From positions 1,282,745-1,346,744 of the forward strand of contig CAVOMR010000003.1 of the NCBI GenBank assembly GCA_963697085.1: 64,000 nucleotides of DNA. Direction: 5' to 3'. The DNA comes from Candidatus Dormiibacterota bacterium. Lineage in GTDB: Bacteria; Chloroflexota; Dormibacteria; Aeolococcales; Aeolococcaceae. The position numbers and the translations under genes are program-made. Position 1 is the stretch's first letter. Every line of letters starts with the position of its first letter. Below, piece after piece: positions 1 to 13,535 of the stretch. The notes beneath the pieces were generated by a model, which ran no database searches, was not told where the DNA came from, and saw only the letters and a program-made list of their open reading frames with translations.

Positions 1-331
1 GGTCGAGCTCGCCGAGTGTCGGCGCGAACCGATACGGGTCCTCCTGCTCCCACTCGCGGTCGTCGTTGCGGAATCGGAGCCGGTAGCCCGGGAGGTCGCT
101 GACCGGGAGCGCGACCTCGAACAGTCCGAGCCCGTTGAGCCGGCGCATGGGCGTGACCCCGTCCTCTCGGGCGACGCTCGCGGCGGTTGCGTCCGGATGG
201 AACGCCCGGATCACCGTCTGCTCGCCGGCGCGGTGTGGTCCGAGGATCTCGTGCGGGTCGCGCAGGCGGCCGGCGATGAGTCGCTCGAGCGCCGCCTCCA
301 GGTCGATCGCGGCGCTCTGGGTCGCCGTCAT
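1..331 (-). CDS. glgB: 1,4-alpha-glucan branching enzyme GlgB, N-terminal part only (gene runs off the window start)
   Basis: The minus-strand ATG at 331 overlaps the mak stop (ATGA). Hand translation gives [48 protein letters not shown]...YRFAPTLGELD, which resembles GlgB N-termini. Its position after glgE-treS-mak fits the known GlgE-pathway operon. Confidence 0.7.
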   Translation of the reverse strand, partial: MTATQSAAIDLEAALERLIAGRLRDPHEILGPHRAGEQTVIRAFHPDATAASVAREDGVTPMRRLNGLGLFEVALPVSDLPGYRLRFRNDDREWEQEDPYRFAPTLGELD

Positions 332-1841
332 TCGGACTCCGTGCCTCTGAGCAGGAAGCGGAGCGGGATCGCCGCCCATGTCGGGCGATGACCAAGCTCG
401 TAGCTGATCTCGTACACGGCCTTCTGGACCTCGAAGGCGCGGCGGAGCACCAGTGACGGCCCCGACTTCGGGAGCACGGGGTGCGAGCCGACCGCCTTGA
501 GATACGCGCTCCAGAACGCATCCCGATTCGCATCCGCCCACGCGTCGCCGAACCCGACGAGGCCCTTGGCATCGTCACCGCCCGGGATGACGCGCTCGGC
601 GATTGCGGCCGCTGCCGCGTAGTCGAATGACCGGAGCATCGCGGCGACGTCGCGCAGTGGCGTCGTGAGCTCGCGCCGCTGCGCCGGCGTCCGATCGGGC
701 TCGCCCTCGAAATCGAGCACGACCCAGCCCGTGTCCACGCGCAGCAGCTGGCCGAGGTGCAGGTCGCCGTGGATCCGGGTGAGCAGCCCACCCGGGGGCA
801 GCGAGCGGATCTGGTCGAAGCGCGCGATCACCTGCGCCCGGACCTTTCGGAGCGGGTCGAGGGTGGCGTCGTCGCGCGCGAGCAGCGCGTCGAGCTCGCC
901 GGTCATGGCGTCCGCCCACTGCGCGAGCAACTCGTGCGTGAGTGGCGCTTGCATCATCACGGCATCCCCGCGAACGGTGGCGAGCGCGAGATGCATCTCC
1001 GCGACCACCTCGCCGAGCCGGCGTGACTCGGCGACGAACGCGGCATCCTGCTCGTCAACGGCGGCGCGGCGCGCGGCCGCGTCGGCGGGTCCCATCCCTT
1101 CTGCCACGGCGTAGAGGTCGCGGAGCGATGTGAGCGCGAGAGCCCAGCCCTCGGTGCTGTTGTGGAGGAACGGCTGCAGGAGCGCGAGCGGCGACGGCGG
1201 GTCGGCTCCGCTCGCCCACACCACGCGTCCGAGCAGCGGCGCGATATGCGTGAATCCCGCCGCGGCCAGCGCGTCCGACATCTCGAGCTCCTGGGACGGC
1301 CCCGGCTCAACCCTGCGCATGTGCTTGAGGAAGAGCGCATCGCCGACCTCGACCGACGTGTTGCTCTGCTCGACCCGCAGATGGCGCACGGAGCTGAGGC
1401 TGCCGGTGTCGAGTGCGGACGCGTCGGGGCATGAGCAGCGCATCTCGCCGCTCGTCGTGGTGAGCACGCGTTGCGAGCGAACCGAGTCGAGCAGCCACTC
1501 GATGTACTCGGGATCGCCGATCGCGTCGAAGAGGAGGAGGTCCCGTGGCGCGTCGGGCCACGCGATCAGGAAATCGGGTGCCCGCTCGGCGAGGGGATCG
1601 CCGACGGCGCGAACGCTGAGCGGCAGCGCGTAGCGGGTCGTGACGCCGTCGGTATAGGTGACCGCGGCGAGGGCGTGCAGCAGGAGCGGCGCCTCGCGAA
1701 GGATGACCGCCGCATCGACGATCTCGATTCGCTCGATGGTCCGGCCGTGCGCGCCCGCCCACCGCTGGTGCGCGATGTATGCGGCAAGCGCGGCTTCGCA
1801 TCCGTCGATGCCGTGATCGCGGAGCAGAGCCGCAGCGGACG

Positions 1842-1845
<4 letters not shown>
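328..1845 (-). CDS. mak: Maltokinase (maltose 1-phosphate forming; Pep2/Mak)
   Basis: 505-aa ORF with the kinase-like motif [26 protein letters not shown]. Its start overlaps the treS stop (ATGA). It lies between treS and glgB. Confidence 0.85.
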
Positions 1846-5479
<3,634 letters not shown>

Positions 5480-5556
5480 CTCGCCAAACGCTAGCAGACG
5501 CGCACCCGTCCGTAATGTTCCGTCAACGTGCCACCCATAAAGTCGAGCGCACCAGG

Positions 5557-6607
5557 ATGACCCGATACCGCGCCGCGCTTGCCGCCGTCGCCGTGCTCAT
5601 CGTCGCTGCCGTGCTGGTCACGGTGATCCGCATGCCACCGCCACCGGCCACCGCGTCGACCACCGGCGGCCAGGTGCTCCCGGCGAGCCAGCGGATCGAG
5701 GCGCCGGACTTCGTCGGCATCGACGGCTGGCTCAACAGCCCGCCCCTGACGCTCGCCGACCTTCGCGGCAAGGTCGTCCTCATCGATTTCTGGACGTTCT
5801 CGTGCGTCAACTGTGTGCGGACGATCCCGCACCTCCAGGCGCTCTACAACGACTACAAGGACGACGGCTTCGTCATCGTCGGCGTGCACTCGCCCGAGTT
5901 CGACTTCGAGATGGTCACTGCCAACGTCGCTGCCGCCGTCACGCGGCTCGGGGTGACCTGGCCGGTCGCCATCGACAGCCAGATGGCCACGTGGAACGCG
6001 TACCAGAACGAGTACTGGCCCGCGGAGTACCTGCTCGATCAGCAGGGCCGGGTCGCGTACACGAGCTTCGGTGAAGGCGACTACACCCAGACCGACGCCG
6101 CCGTGGCGCAGCTGCTCGGCGTCAAGCAGGCCGCGGTCCCGTCGTCGACGCCGGTGCCCTCGGACACGACCCCCGAGCTGTACGTCGGCAGCGACAGCGG
6201 GCGCGGGGAGCTCGCCGACAACGAGAGCTACGGGCCGATGGGACAGCCGGTCGACTATCCGGATCCCGGTCCACCCCAGAACGACGACCTGCCCCAGGTG
6301 ACCGGCACCTGGACCGACGAGGGCCAGTACCTGCAGGCGGACACGACCGGGCACCTGAGGCTGAGCTTCCAGGCCGAACTCGGTGTACGTCGTCGCCGGG
6401 ACGGGCGGATCCGAACTGCACGTTTCTGTCACGCTTGACGGAAAGTCGGTGGGCACGGTGAACAGCGGCCCGGCGCTGACCGGCTCGGGATTCACGGTGT
6501 CGCGCCAGGACCTCTTCCAGCTGCTCACCGGCGTCTCATCCGGTTACCACCTCATCGACCTCACCGTCCCGGCCGGCTTCCGTATCTATACCTTTACCTT
6601 CGGCTGA
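5557..6607 (+). pseudogene. Secreted thioredoxin-like thiol-disulfide oxidoreductase (DipZ soluble-domain-like), frame broken by one extra base near 6374-6383
   Basis: N-terminal TM helix, then the redoxin motif DFWTFSCVNCVRT (CxxC). The frame-1 ORF ends at 6438 in Arg-rich junk. Frame 2 (open from 6365) continues as VYVVAGTGGSELHVSVTLDGKSVG...IYTFTFG, the DipZ-type C-terminal domain. This is either a pseudogene or an assembly error. Confidence 0.7.
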
Positions 6608-7341
6608 TGATTTCGATTGCGACGGTGCTCGCGACGTTCGTCGCGGGGCTCGGGTCCTTCCTCGCACCCTGCACGGTCCCGCTGCTGCCCGCGTACCTCG
6701 CCTGCGTCTCAGGGGTGAGCGCCGCCGAGCTCACCAACCCGGACCGGCACAGCTTCCGGCTCCGCCTCCTCGCGGGGTCGCTCCTGTACGTCGCCGGGTT
6801 CACGCTCGTCTTTGTGCTGCTCGGGCTGACCGCCGGTGGGATCGCCCGCGTGGCCAACGGGGCGGTGAGCGGCCGTATCGTCGAGATCGTCGGCGGCGTG
6901 GCCGTGATCCTCTTCGGGCTCGCGATCATCGGCGTGGTCCGCATCGGGCTGCTCGAGCGCACGGCCGGGTTCCAGCTGCCCGAACGTCTCCGCCGCCGTG
7001 GCGTGCTCGGCGCCTTCCTGGTCGGTGTCGTCTTCGGCATCGGGTGGACGCCCTGCGTCGGGCCGTACCTCGCCGCGGCGCTGACGCTTGCCGCGCTCAG
7101 CGATCACGCTGTCGCCGGCGCATTCCTGCTCGTCATCTACTCGCTCGGCCTGGGGTTGCCGTTCATCGCCACCGCACTGGTGTGGGCGTCACTGCCCGAC
7201 CTCCCGCGAAAGCTCAACCGGTTCGTCCGGCCGCTGACCCTCGCCGGCGGCGTCATCACCGTCGCGCTCGGCGTCCTCCTGGCCACCGGCGCCTACTCGC
7301 ACCTCACCTCCTACCTGGCGCAGCTCTCGACGCCCAGCTGA
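6607..7341 (+). CDS. ccdA: Cytochrome c biogenesis / thiol-disulfide transporter CcdA (DsbD transmembrane-domain family)
   Basis: Polytopic membrane protein with the two conserved Cys motifs FLAPCTVPLLP and GWTPCVGPYL. Its ATG overlaps the upstream stop (TGATG). Confidence 0.85.
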   Translation: MISIATVLATFVAGLGSFLAPCTVPLLPAYLACVSGVSAAELTNPDRHSFRLRLLAGSLLYVAGFTLVFVLLGLTAGGIARVANGAVSGRIVEIVGGVAVILFGLAIIGVVRIGLLERTAGFQLPERLRRRGVLGAFLVGVVFGIGWTPCVGPYLAAALTLAALSDHAVAGAFLLVIYSLGLGLPFIATALVWASLPDLPRKLNRFVRPLTLAGGVITVALGVLLATGAYSHLTSYLAQLSTPS

Positions 7342-7342
7342 T

Positions 7343-8302
7343 CTACGGTATGAGGACGGTCCGGACGCCGGGATCCTCGGGCGCGGTCCAGGTGGCCTCC
7401 ACCTCGGCCAGGGGGACCGGGTGGACGTTGATCTCGAGTGTCCCGGAGCCGATCTCGTCGACCAGCGACGGCAGCTCGGCGAGGTAGGCCTGAGGCGACA
7501 CCGCGCCCTGACCGTTCCCCTGGATCCGGAGGTTCGCCGATCGCAGCGCCACCGAGGGCAGCTCGATCGTGGGACCGGCCATCGCTCCGATCTCGATCCA
7601 GTCCAGCGCCCGGCTCCGATCGGACCTCGCCGTGAGCAGGGCCACCATCGCGCTCGATGCGGGCTCGCCCCAGAGGTAGTCGATCACGACGTCCACCTCG
7701 GCTGCCGCGTCCGCGAGGCGATGTCCGGTGACCGCTCGATCGTCGAAGAGCGCGACGACCTCGTCAGCGCCGAGTCCGAGGAGCGCGGACAGCCGCTCCG
7801 GGTTGCGGCCGGCGCCGACGACGCGTCCGGCCCCGAGGCGCTTCGCGATCTGGACGGCCATCGTCCCGGCATTGCCGGTGGCCCCGAGCACCAGGACGGA
7901 CTGGCCCGGCACCAGCGGCACGCGCCGGCGAAGCGCGACCCACGCGGACATCGCGGGGTTCATGGCCGCGGCGATGCGGGCGGCGTCGGCGCCGTCCGGC
8001 AGTGGGACGATCCGCCGCCGGTCGACAACTGCCTGGTCGGCCATCGAGCCCCAGGCGTCGTCAGGGATGACGAAGTAGCCCCGGCGGCCGTCCGGCATGC
8101 GGCCAACGCCGTCGATGCCGGGGATCATCGGCAGGGTGCCGGTGCTCGTGTAGTGCCGGCCCGAGGCGTCGGTGCGGACCCGTGGATGGAGCCCGACCGC
8201 AAGGACGTCGACGAGCATCTCGTCCGGTCCCGCCGGCTCCGGGCTCTCGTGGGTCTCGTATCGAGGAGGGTGGTCGAACGACCGCACGACGGCGGCGTGC
8301 AT
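7343..8302 (-). CDS. Zinc-binding dehydrogenase / quinone oxidoreductase family protein (MDR superfamily)
   Basis: Starts at MHAAVVRSFDHPP. Rossmann motif VLVLGATGNAGTMAVQIAKRLGA. The upstream part of the 487-aa ORF overlaps the methyltransferase gene and is rejected. Confidence 0.75.
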   Translation of the reverse strand: MHAAVVRSFDHPPRYETHESPEPAGPDEMLVDVLAVGLHPRVRTDASGRHYTSTGTLPMIPGIDGVGRMPDGRRGYFVIPDDAWGSMADQAVVDRRRIVPLPDGADAARIAAAMNPAMSAWVALRRRVPLVPGQSVLVLGATGNAGTMAVQIAKRLGAGRVVGAGRNPERLSALLGLGADEVVALFDDRAVTGHRLADAAAEVDVVIDYLWGEPASSAMVALLTARSDRSRALDWIEIGAMAGPTIELPSVALRSANLRIQGNGQGAVSPQAYLAELPSLVDEIGSGTLEINVHPVPLAEVEATWTAPEDPGVRTVLIP

Positions 8303-8331
8303 GCCGGTTCCGCGTTCCGCCGGGCCCTCGC

Positions 8332-9216
8332 TCAGGCGAACTTGCGGCACACCACGACATCGAGCGTCACGTTGCGCTGGATGTGGCGTGCGAGGCGGAG
8401 GTACACCCTGAAATCGCGGTAGTGCTGGGCGCCGACCATCTCCTTGAGCTGGTCCGCGTGCTTGTGCATGTTGGCGAGCCAGTGGTCGATCGTCACCTCG
8501 TAATGGCGGCGCTCGATGTGGTGCACGCGCTCGATGTCGAAACCGGCCGCGTTCGCGAGCCCGAGCTCCTCGGACAGGGTCCGGTAGTTGCCGGTGTCGC
8601 CGTAGATCTGGCTGACGAACTCGCCGCCGCGCTCGAGCTTGGCGTGGCGCGGGTGCTTGAGATGCAGCTCCTTGTTGATCATCACGCCGCCGGGCTTGAG
8701 CCAGTCGTGGCACTTCGTGAAGAACCCGCCCAAGTTGAAGAAGTGAACGATCACCTCGTCGGTGTAGATCGCGTCGACCTGCTCCTCGGGCGTGTAGTCC
8801 TCCCAATGGCTGAGGACGATCGTGGCGTCGACGCCATGGCGGGCGATCCTCCCCTCGGCGTAGCCCTTCTGCGTCGGCGACAGCGTCAGCCCCGTCCCCT
8901 TGAGGCCGTACGTCTCGCAGAGATACGTGAGCGGCCCTGCCCAGCCGCAGCCGACGTCGATGAGGCGCATGCCCTTCTCGAGACCGGCGAGCCGCGCGAT
9001 CAGGTCGAGCTTCGCGGCCTGTGACTGGGTGTCGGTCTCGGTGCCGGGGTCCCAGAGATTGGCCGAGTACACATTCCAGTCCCCGCCCGTGATGAGCAGG
9101 AAGAACTCCGGCGGCTGCTCGTAGTGGACGTTGGTCCGGGCCTGGTCGACGTCGGTCGAATACTGGTGGTAGAGCTGGTGTTCCGGACGGAGGTCCGTCT
9201 TTTGGCTGGTCGCCAC
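8332..9216 (-). CDS. Cyclopropane-fatty-acyl-phospholipid synthase-like SAM-dependent methyltransferase
   Basis: SAM motif I RLIDVGCGWAGPL and CMAS-family-like N- and C-terminal regions. GTG start preceded by AGAGGG. Confidence 0.8.
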   Translation of the reverse strand: MATSQKTDLRPEHQLYHQYSTDVDQARTNVHYEQPPEFFLLITGGDWNVYSANLWDPGTETDTQSQAAKLDLIARLAGLEKGMRLIDVGCGWAGPLTYLCETYGLKGTGLTLSPTQKGYAEGRIARHGVDATIVLSHWEDYTPEEQVDAIYTDEVIVHFFNLGGFFTKCHDWLKPGGVMINKELHLKHPRHAKLERGGEFVSQIYGDTGNYRTLSEELGLANAAGFDIERVHHIERRHYEVTIDHWLANMHKHADQLKEMVGAQHYRDFRVYLRLARHIQRNVTLDVVVCRKFA

Positions 9217-9319
9217 CGATTTACCCTCTTTGTCGCCGCTGACAGGACGAGAAGAATAGCCGCGCGGTTCCCCGAGTTGTGGTCAGGTCGACTGTTTCGG
9301 GTGCGAAGATGGGTGGGTC

Positions 9320-12064
9320 ATGGCTGCCAGCGATCCGTTCGGCACCAGGGCGCAACTCGTGCCCGGGGTTGAGTATCACCGTCTCGAGGCGCTTGCCGAG
9401 CGAGGCATCGGCGACGTCTCGCGGCTTCCCGTCACGGTCAAGATCCTCCTCGAGAACAGCGTGCGCAACGCTGCAGCACCCTCCGTCCGTAAGGGTGATG
9501 TTGAGGCGATCGCGAGGTGGAACGGCACCGTGCTGCCGACCGACCGCGAGCGAGCGTTCATGCCGGCGCGCGTGCTCCTGCAGGACTTCACCGGCGTTCC
9601 CGCCGTCGTCGACCTTGCCGCGATGCGCGCCGCGGTCGCCCGTGCGGGTGGCGACCCGATGCGGATCGATCCGCTGGTGCCGGTCGACCTGGTCGTCGAC
9701 CATTCGGTCCAGGTGGACGCGTTCGGCAACCGTGAGGCGTACGAACGGAACATCGTCCGGGAGTACGAGCGCAACCGGGAGCGGTACTCGCTGCTCCGCT
9801 GGGCGCAGCAGGCGTTCCGCGGCTTTCGGGTCGTCCCCCCGGGGATGGGCATCGTGCACCAGATCAATCTCGAGTACCTCGCGCAGGTGGTGCAGGTTCG
9901 CGAGATCGCCGGGGTGCGCACCGCGCTGCCCGACACGCTCGTCGGCACCGACTCGCACACACCGATGGTCAACGGCGTCGGCGTGCTCGGCTGGGGTGTC
10001 GGCGGCATCGAGGCCGAGGCGTGCATGCTCGGCCAGCCGCTCTTCCTGCTCGCGCCGATCGTGGTCGGCGTTCGATTCCACAACGCGTTGCCGGCAGGCA
10101 CGACTGCCACGGATCTCGTCCTGACCCTGACGGAGATGCTCCGAAAGCACGGCGTGGTCAACAAGTTCGTCGAGTTCTGCGGCAGCGGCCTGAGCTCGAT
10201 GTCCGTGCCGGACCGCGCCACGCTCTCCAACATGTCGCCGGAGTTCGGGGCAACCGCTTCGCTCTTCCCCGTCGACGCTCGGACGCTCGAGTACCTGCGC
10301 GGCTCGGGCCGCGATCCCGAGCACATCGCACTCGTCGAGCGCTACACCAAGGAACAGGGCATGTTCCGCACCGACGAGTCGGAGATCCCGCTCTTCAGCG
10401 AGACGGTCGAGCTCGACCTTGCGAGCGTGGTCCCAAGCGTCGCCGGTCCAAAGCGCCCGCAGGATCGCGTCGCGCTGCCGGACGTCTGGAACTCGTTCAC
10501 GAGCGTCTGGGCGCAGCGGGCGGCGCGACCGACCAGCGAGGTCACCGCCGAGGGCGAGGTGCCACGGCTCGTCGAGGAGGGTGGGATCGACCCCGACGGC
10601 AACGCGGTCCCGTCGGTGCCCAACGGTCCGCGCGACGCCGACCTGGTCCGCGACGGTTCGGTTGTGATCGCGGCGATCACCTCGTGCACGAACACGTCGA
10701 ACCCCGCGGTCATGGTCGCCGCCGGGCTGCTTGCACGCAACGCGGTCGCGCGCGGGTTGATGCCCCCCGACTACGTGAAGACGTCACTCGCGCCGGGATC
10801 GCGCGTGGTCACCGACTACCTCGAACGCGCGGGCCTGCTCGGCTCACTCGAGCAACTCCGCTTCAACCTGGTTGGCTACGGCTGCACGACGTGCATCGGC
10901 AACAGCGGGCCGCTTCCCGAGCTCGTCGCGGAGCGAATCGATGAGGAGGACCTCACGGTTGCCGCGGTGCTGAGCGGGAACCGCAATTTCGAGGGACGCA
11001 TCCATCCGCAGGTCAAGGCCGCGTACCTCGCGTCGCCGCCGCTTGTGGTGGCGTACGCGCTCGCGGGACGCCTCGACATCGATCTCACCACCGAGCCGCT
11101 CGGCGCCGGCCATGACGGAAAACCCGTGTATCTGAGCGACATCTGGCCGAGCACCGACGAGGTGACGAGCACGGTGCTTGCGGCAATCGGAAGCGACCTG
11201 TACACGCGCGAGTACGAGCGCATCTTCGACGGTGACGAGCACTGGCGGCAGCTGCCGTCGCCGACCGGTGCGCTCTTCGACTGGGATGCGGACTCGACCT
11301 ACGTGCGCGAACCACCGTACTTCGTGGGGATGTCACCGGTGCCGCAGCCACCTGCGGACATCATCGACGCGCGCGTGCTCGCGCTGCTCGGCGATTCGAT
11401 CACGACCGACCACATCTCGCCTGCGGGAAGCATCGCGGGCACGAGCCCGGCGGCGCAACATCTGCGCGAGCACGGTGTCGAGCCGCGAGACTTCAACACC
11501 TACGGCGCGCGCCGCGGCAACCACGACGTGATGGTCCGCGGCACGTTCGCCAACATCCGGCTCCGCAATCAGCTCGCCGACGGCAAGGAGGGCGGCTGGA
11601 CGGCGCATCTTCCGGACGGCGCCGTGATGAGCATCTTCGACGCGTCGGCGCAGTACCAGGCGGACGGCATCCCGCTCATCATCATCGCGGGCAGCGAGTA
11701 CGGTTCCGGGTCGTCGCGCGACTGGGCCGCAAAAGGCCCGCTGCTCCAGGGTGTTCGCGCGGTGATCGCCGAGTCGTACGAGCGGATTCACCGCAGCAAC
11801 CTGGTGGGCATGGGCATCCTCCCGTTGCAGTTCCGCGCAGGCGAGAGTGCGGAGTCGCTGCATCTTGACGGCACCGAGCTGTACACGATTCGCGGTGTGG
11901 CGCACGCCGCGCCTGGTGCCACCATCCGTGTGATCGCGCGTCGCGCCGACCAGGCCGACATCGAGTTCGACACGGTCTGTCGCCTCGACAGCGAGACCGA
12001 CGTGGAGTACCTGCGCAACGGTGGGATCCTGCCGCTCGTGCTTCGTCAACTCATGGGCGCCTGA
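9320..12064 (+). CDS. acnA: Aconitate hydratase A
   Basis: 914-aa ORF with hallmark aconitase blocks (DSHTPMVNG, CTNTSNP, GCTTCIGNSG, SGNRNFEGR). Confidence 0.95.
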   Translation: MAASDPFGTRAQLVPGVEYHRLEALAERGIGDVSRLPVTVKILLENSVRNAAAPSVRKGDVEAIARWNGTVLPTDRERAFMPARVLLQDFTGVPAVVDLAAMRAAVARAGGDPMRIDPLVPVDLVVDHSVQVDAFGNREAYERNIVREYERNRERYSLLRWAQQAFRGFRVVPPGMGIVHQINLEYLAQVVQVREIAGVRTALPDTLVGTDSHTPMVNGVGVLGWGVGGIEAEACMLGQPLFLLAPIVVGVRFHNALPAGTTATDLVLTLTEMLRKHGVVNKFVEFCGSGLSSMSVPDRATLSNMSPEFGATASLFPVDARTLEYLRGSGRDPEHIALVERYTKEQGMFRTDESEIPLFSETVELDLASVVPSVAGPKRPQDRVALPDVWNSFTSVWAQRAARPTSEVTAEGEVPRLVEEGGIDPDGNAVPSVPNGPRDADLVRDGSVVIAAITSCTNTSNPAVMVAAGLLARNAVARGLMPPDYVKTSLAPGSRVVTDYLERAGLLGSLEQLRFNLVGYGCTTCIGNSGPLPELVAERIDEEDLTVAAVLSGNRNFEGRIHPQVKAAYLASPPLVVAYALAGRLDIDLTTEPLGAGHDGKPVYLSDIWPSTDEVTSTVLAAIGSDLYTREYERIFDGDEHWRQLPSPTGALFDWDADSTYVREPPYFVGMSPVPQPPADIIDARVLALLGDSITTDHISPAGSIAGTSPAAQHLREHGVEPRDFNTYGARRGNHDVMVRGTFANIRLRNQLADGKEGGWTAHLPDGAVMSIFDASAQYQADGIPLIIIAGSEYGSGSSRDWAAKGPLLQGVRAVIAESYERIHRSNLVGMGILPLQFRAGESAESLHLDGTELYTIRGVAHAAPGATIRVIARRADQADIEFDTVCRLDSETDVEYLRNGGILPLVLRQLMGA

Positions 12065-12096
12065 CCCCGCGCATGCGTTCAAGGCCTCGCGACTGA

Positions 12097-12775
12097 ATGC
12101 TGCTCTTCTTCGGCATCCTCGCTCTCGTCCTCGTGGCCGGCGTGGTGTCGTTCTTCGTCACGCAGCAGCGCGTGCGCGACATGCGGACGTTCGCCACCGC
12201 TCATGCTCTGACCTACATCGGAAGCCGATGGGACCTCGGCAGCTGCTTCTTCTCGCTGTTCCTCTCGGGAAACAGACGGTACTGGCGCAATGTGCTGCGC
12301 GGATCGTGGGGGCCGCTGCCGGTGACCTACTGCGACTACACGTACGTCCAGCAGGAGGGGAAGAACTCGTCGTCCTTCTCGTTCTCGTGCGTGCTCACCC
12401 CACTCGGCATGCAGATGCCCCAGGTGAGCGTGTCACCGCGCAGCGCGCTCGGCGCCTTTGCCGAGCGGTCGATCGGAGCCCCCGGCATCCGTTTCGAGTT
12501 CGATCGATTTCAACGACCGGTTCGACGTGCAGTCGAGCGACCAGGCGTTTGCCGTCGAGCTCATCGACGCGCAGATGATCGAGACGCTGCTCGGCCTCGA
12601 CCACGGGATCCACGCGGTCTTCGGTCCCGAGTACCTGATGCTCTACAAGCACCGGCAGGCGGTCGGGGAGATCGGCGCGATCTTCGATGCCACGTCGACC
12701 GTCTCCCAGCGCATCCCGGCCCTGGTCCGCGAGAGTCAGGCAACTCCGAATCAGCCCCAGGCACCCTCCATCTGA
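12097..12775 (+). pseudogene. Uncharacterised membrane protein upstream of lemA, frame broken by one extra base at about 12496-12508
   Basis: Frame 1 gives an N-terminal TM helix and ...GAPGIRFEF, then junk. Frame 2 continues as IDFNDRFDVQSSDQAFAVELIDAQMIETLLGLDHGIHAVFGPEYLMLYK... to the stop at 12775. The junction lies in GAGTTCGATCGAT. Confidence 0.55.
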
Positions 12776-12863
12776 CCTCAGCCAGGCGCTGGGCGTTTGG
12801 ACGCCGCTTCCGGCGCGGTACCCTTAGGGCCGCAATCGATTCCCCATTGCGAAGGAGACGTTC

Positions 12864-13526
12864 GTGATTCCCCTGATCATCGTCCTCGTCATCATCGTGG
12901 TCCTCGCCCTCGCGGTGGTGGCCTCGTACAACAGGTTCGTCTCCCAGCGCAACGCGGTGCAGAACGCGTGGGCGGACATCGACACCGAGCTCAAGCGCCG
13001 GTACGACCTCATCCCGAACCTGGTCTCGACGGTGCAGGGATATGCCGCGCATGAGCGCGGCGTCTTCGAGGAGGTCGCCCAGGCACGGTCCGCCGGTATG
13101 AACGCGCAGGGACCCGCAGCCGCGGCCGCTGCCGAAGGCCCGTTCCAGATGGCCCTCGGGCACCTCTTCGCGGTCGCCGAGAACTACCCGGAGTTGAAGG
13201 CCAATCAGAACTTCCTGCAGCTCCAGGCAACGCTGTCCGACACCGAGGATCGCATCCAGGCGTCGCGCCAGATCTACAACGCCAACGTTCAGCAGTTCAA
13301 CCGCCGGGTCCAGGCGTTCCCGTCGAACGTCATCGCCAACATGTTCCATTTCCAGAACGCGGAGTTCTTCCAGATCGACGCGGCCCAGCGGGCCGTGGTC
13401 GCCGAGGCGCCGAAGGTCGATTTCAGCGCGATCACGAACGCGACGTACGGTCAGGCTCCGAGCGTCGCGCCGCCCGCGCCGGCCGCGCCCGGCACGCCAG
13501 GGACACCTCCGACCTCAGGAGCCTGA
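12864..13526 (+). CDS. lemA: LemA family protein
   Basis: N-terminal TM helix plus YNRFVSQRNAVQNAWADIDTELKRRYDLIPNLV. GTG start with a GAAGGAG SD. Confidence 0.85.
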   Translation: MIPLIIVLVIIVVLALAVVASYNRFVSQRNAVQNAWADIDTELKRRYDLIPNLVSTVQGYAAHERGVFEEVAQARSAGMNAQGPAAAAAAEGPFQMALGHLFAVAENYPELKANQNFLQLQATLSDTEDRIQASRQIYNANVQQFNRRVQAFPSNVIANMFHFQNAEFFQIDAAQRAVVAEAPKVDFSAITNATYGQAPSVAPPAPAAPGTPGTPPTSGA

Positions 13527-13535
13527 GGCCGGCCG

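Noticed and set aside
9221-10326. Two long minus-strand ORFs (367 and 316 aa).
   Set aside because: Both are antisense shadows of aconitase, which is unambiguous on the plus strand.
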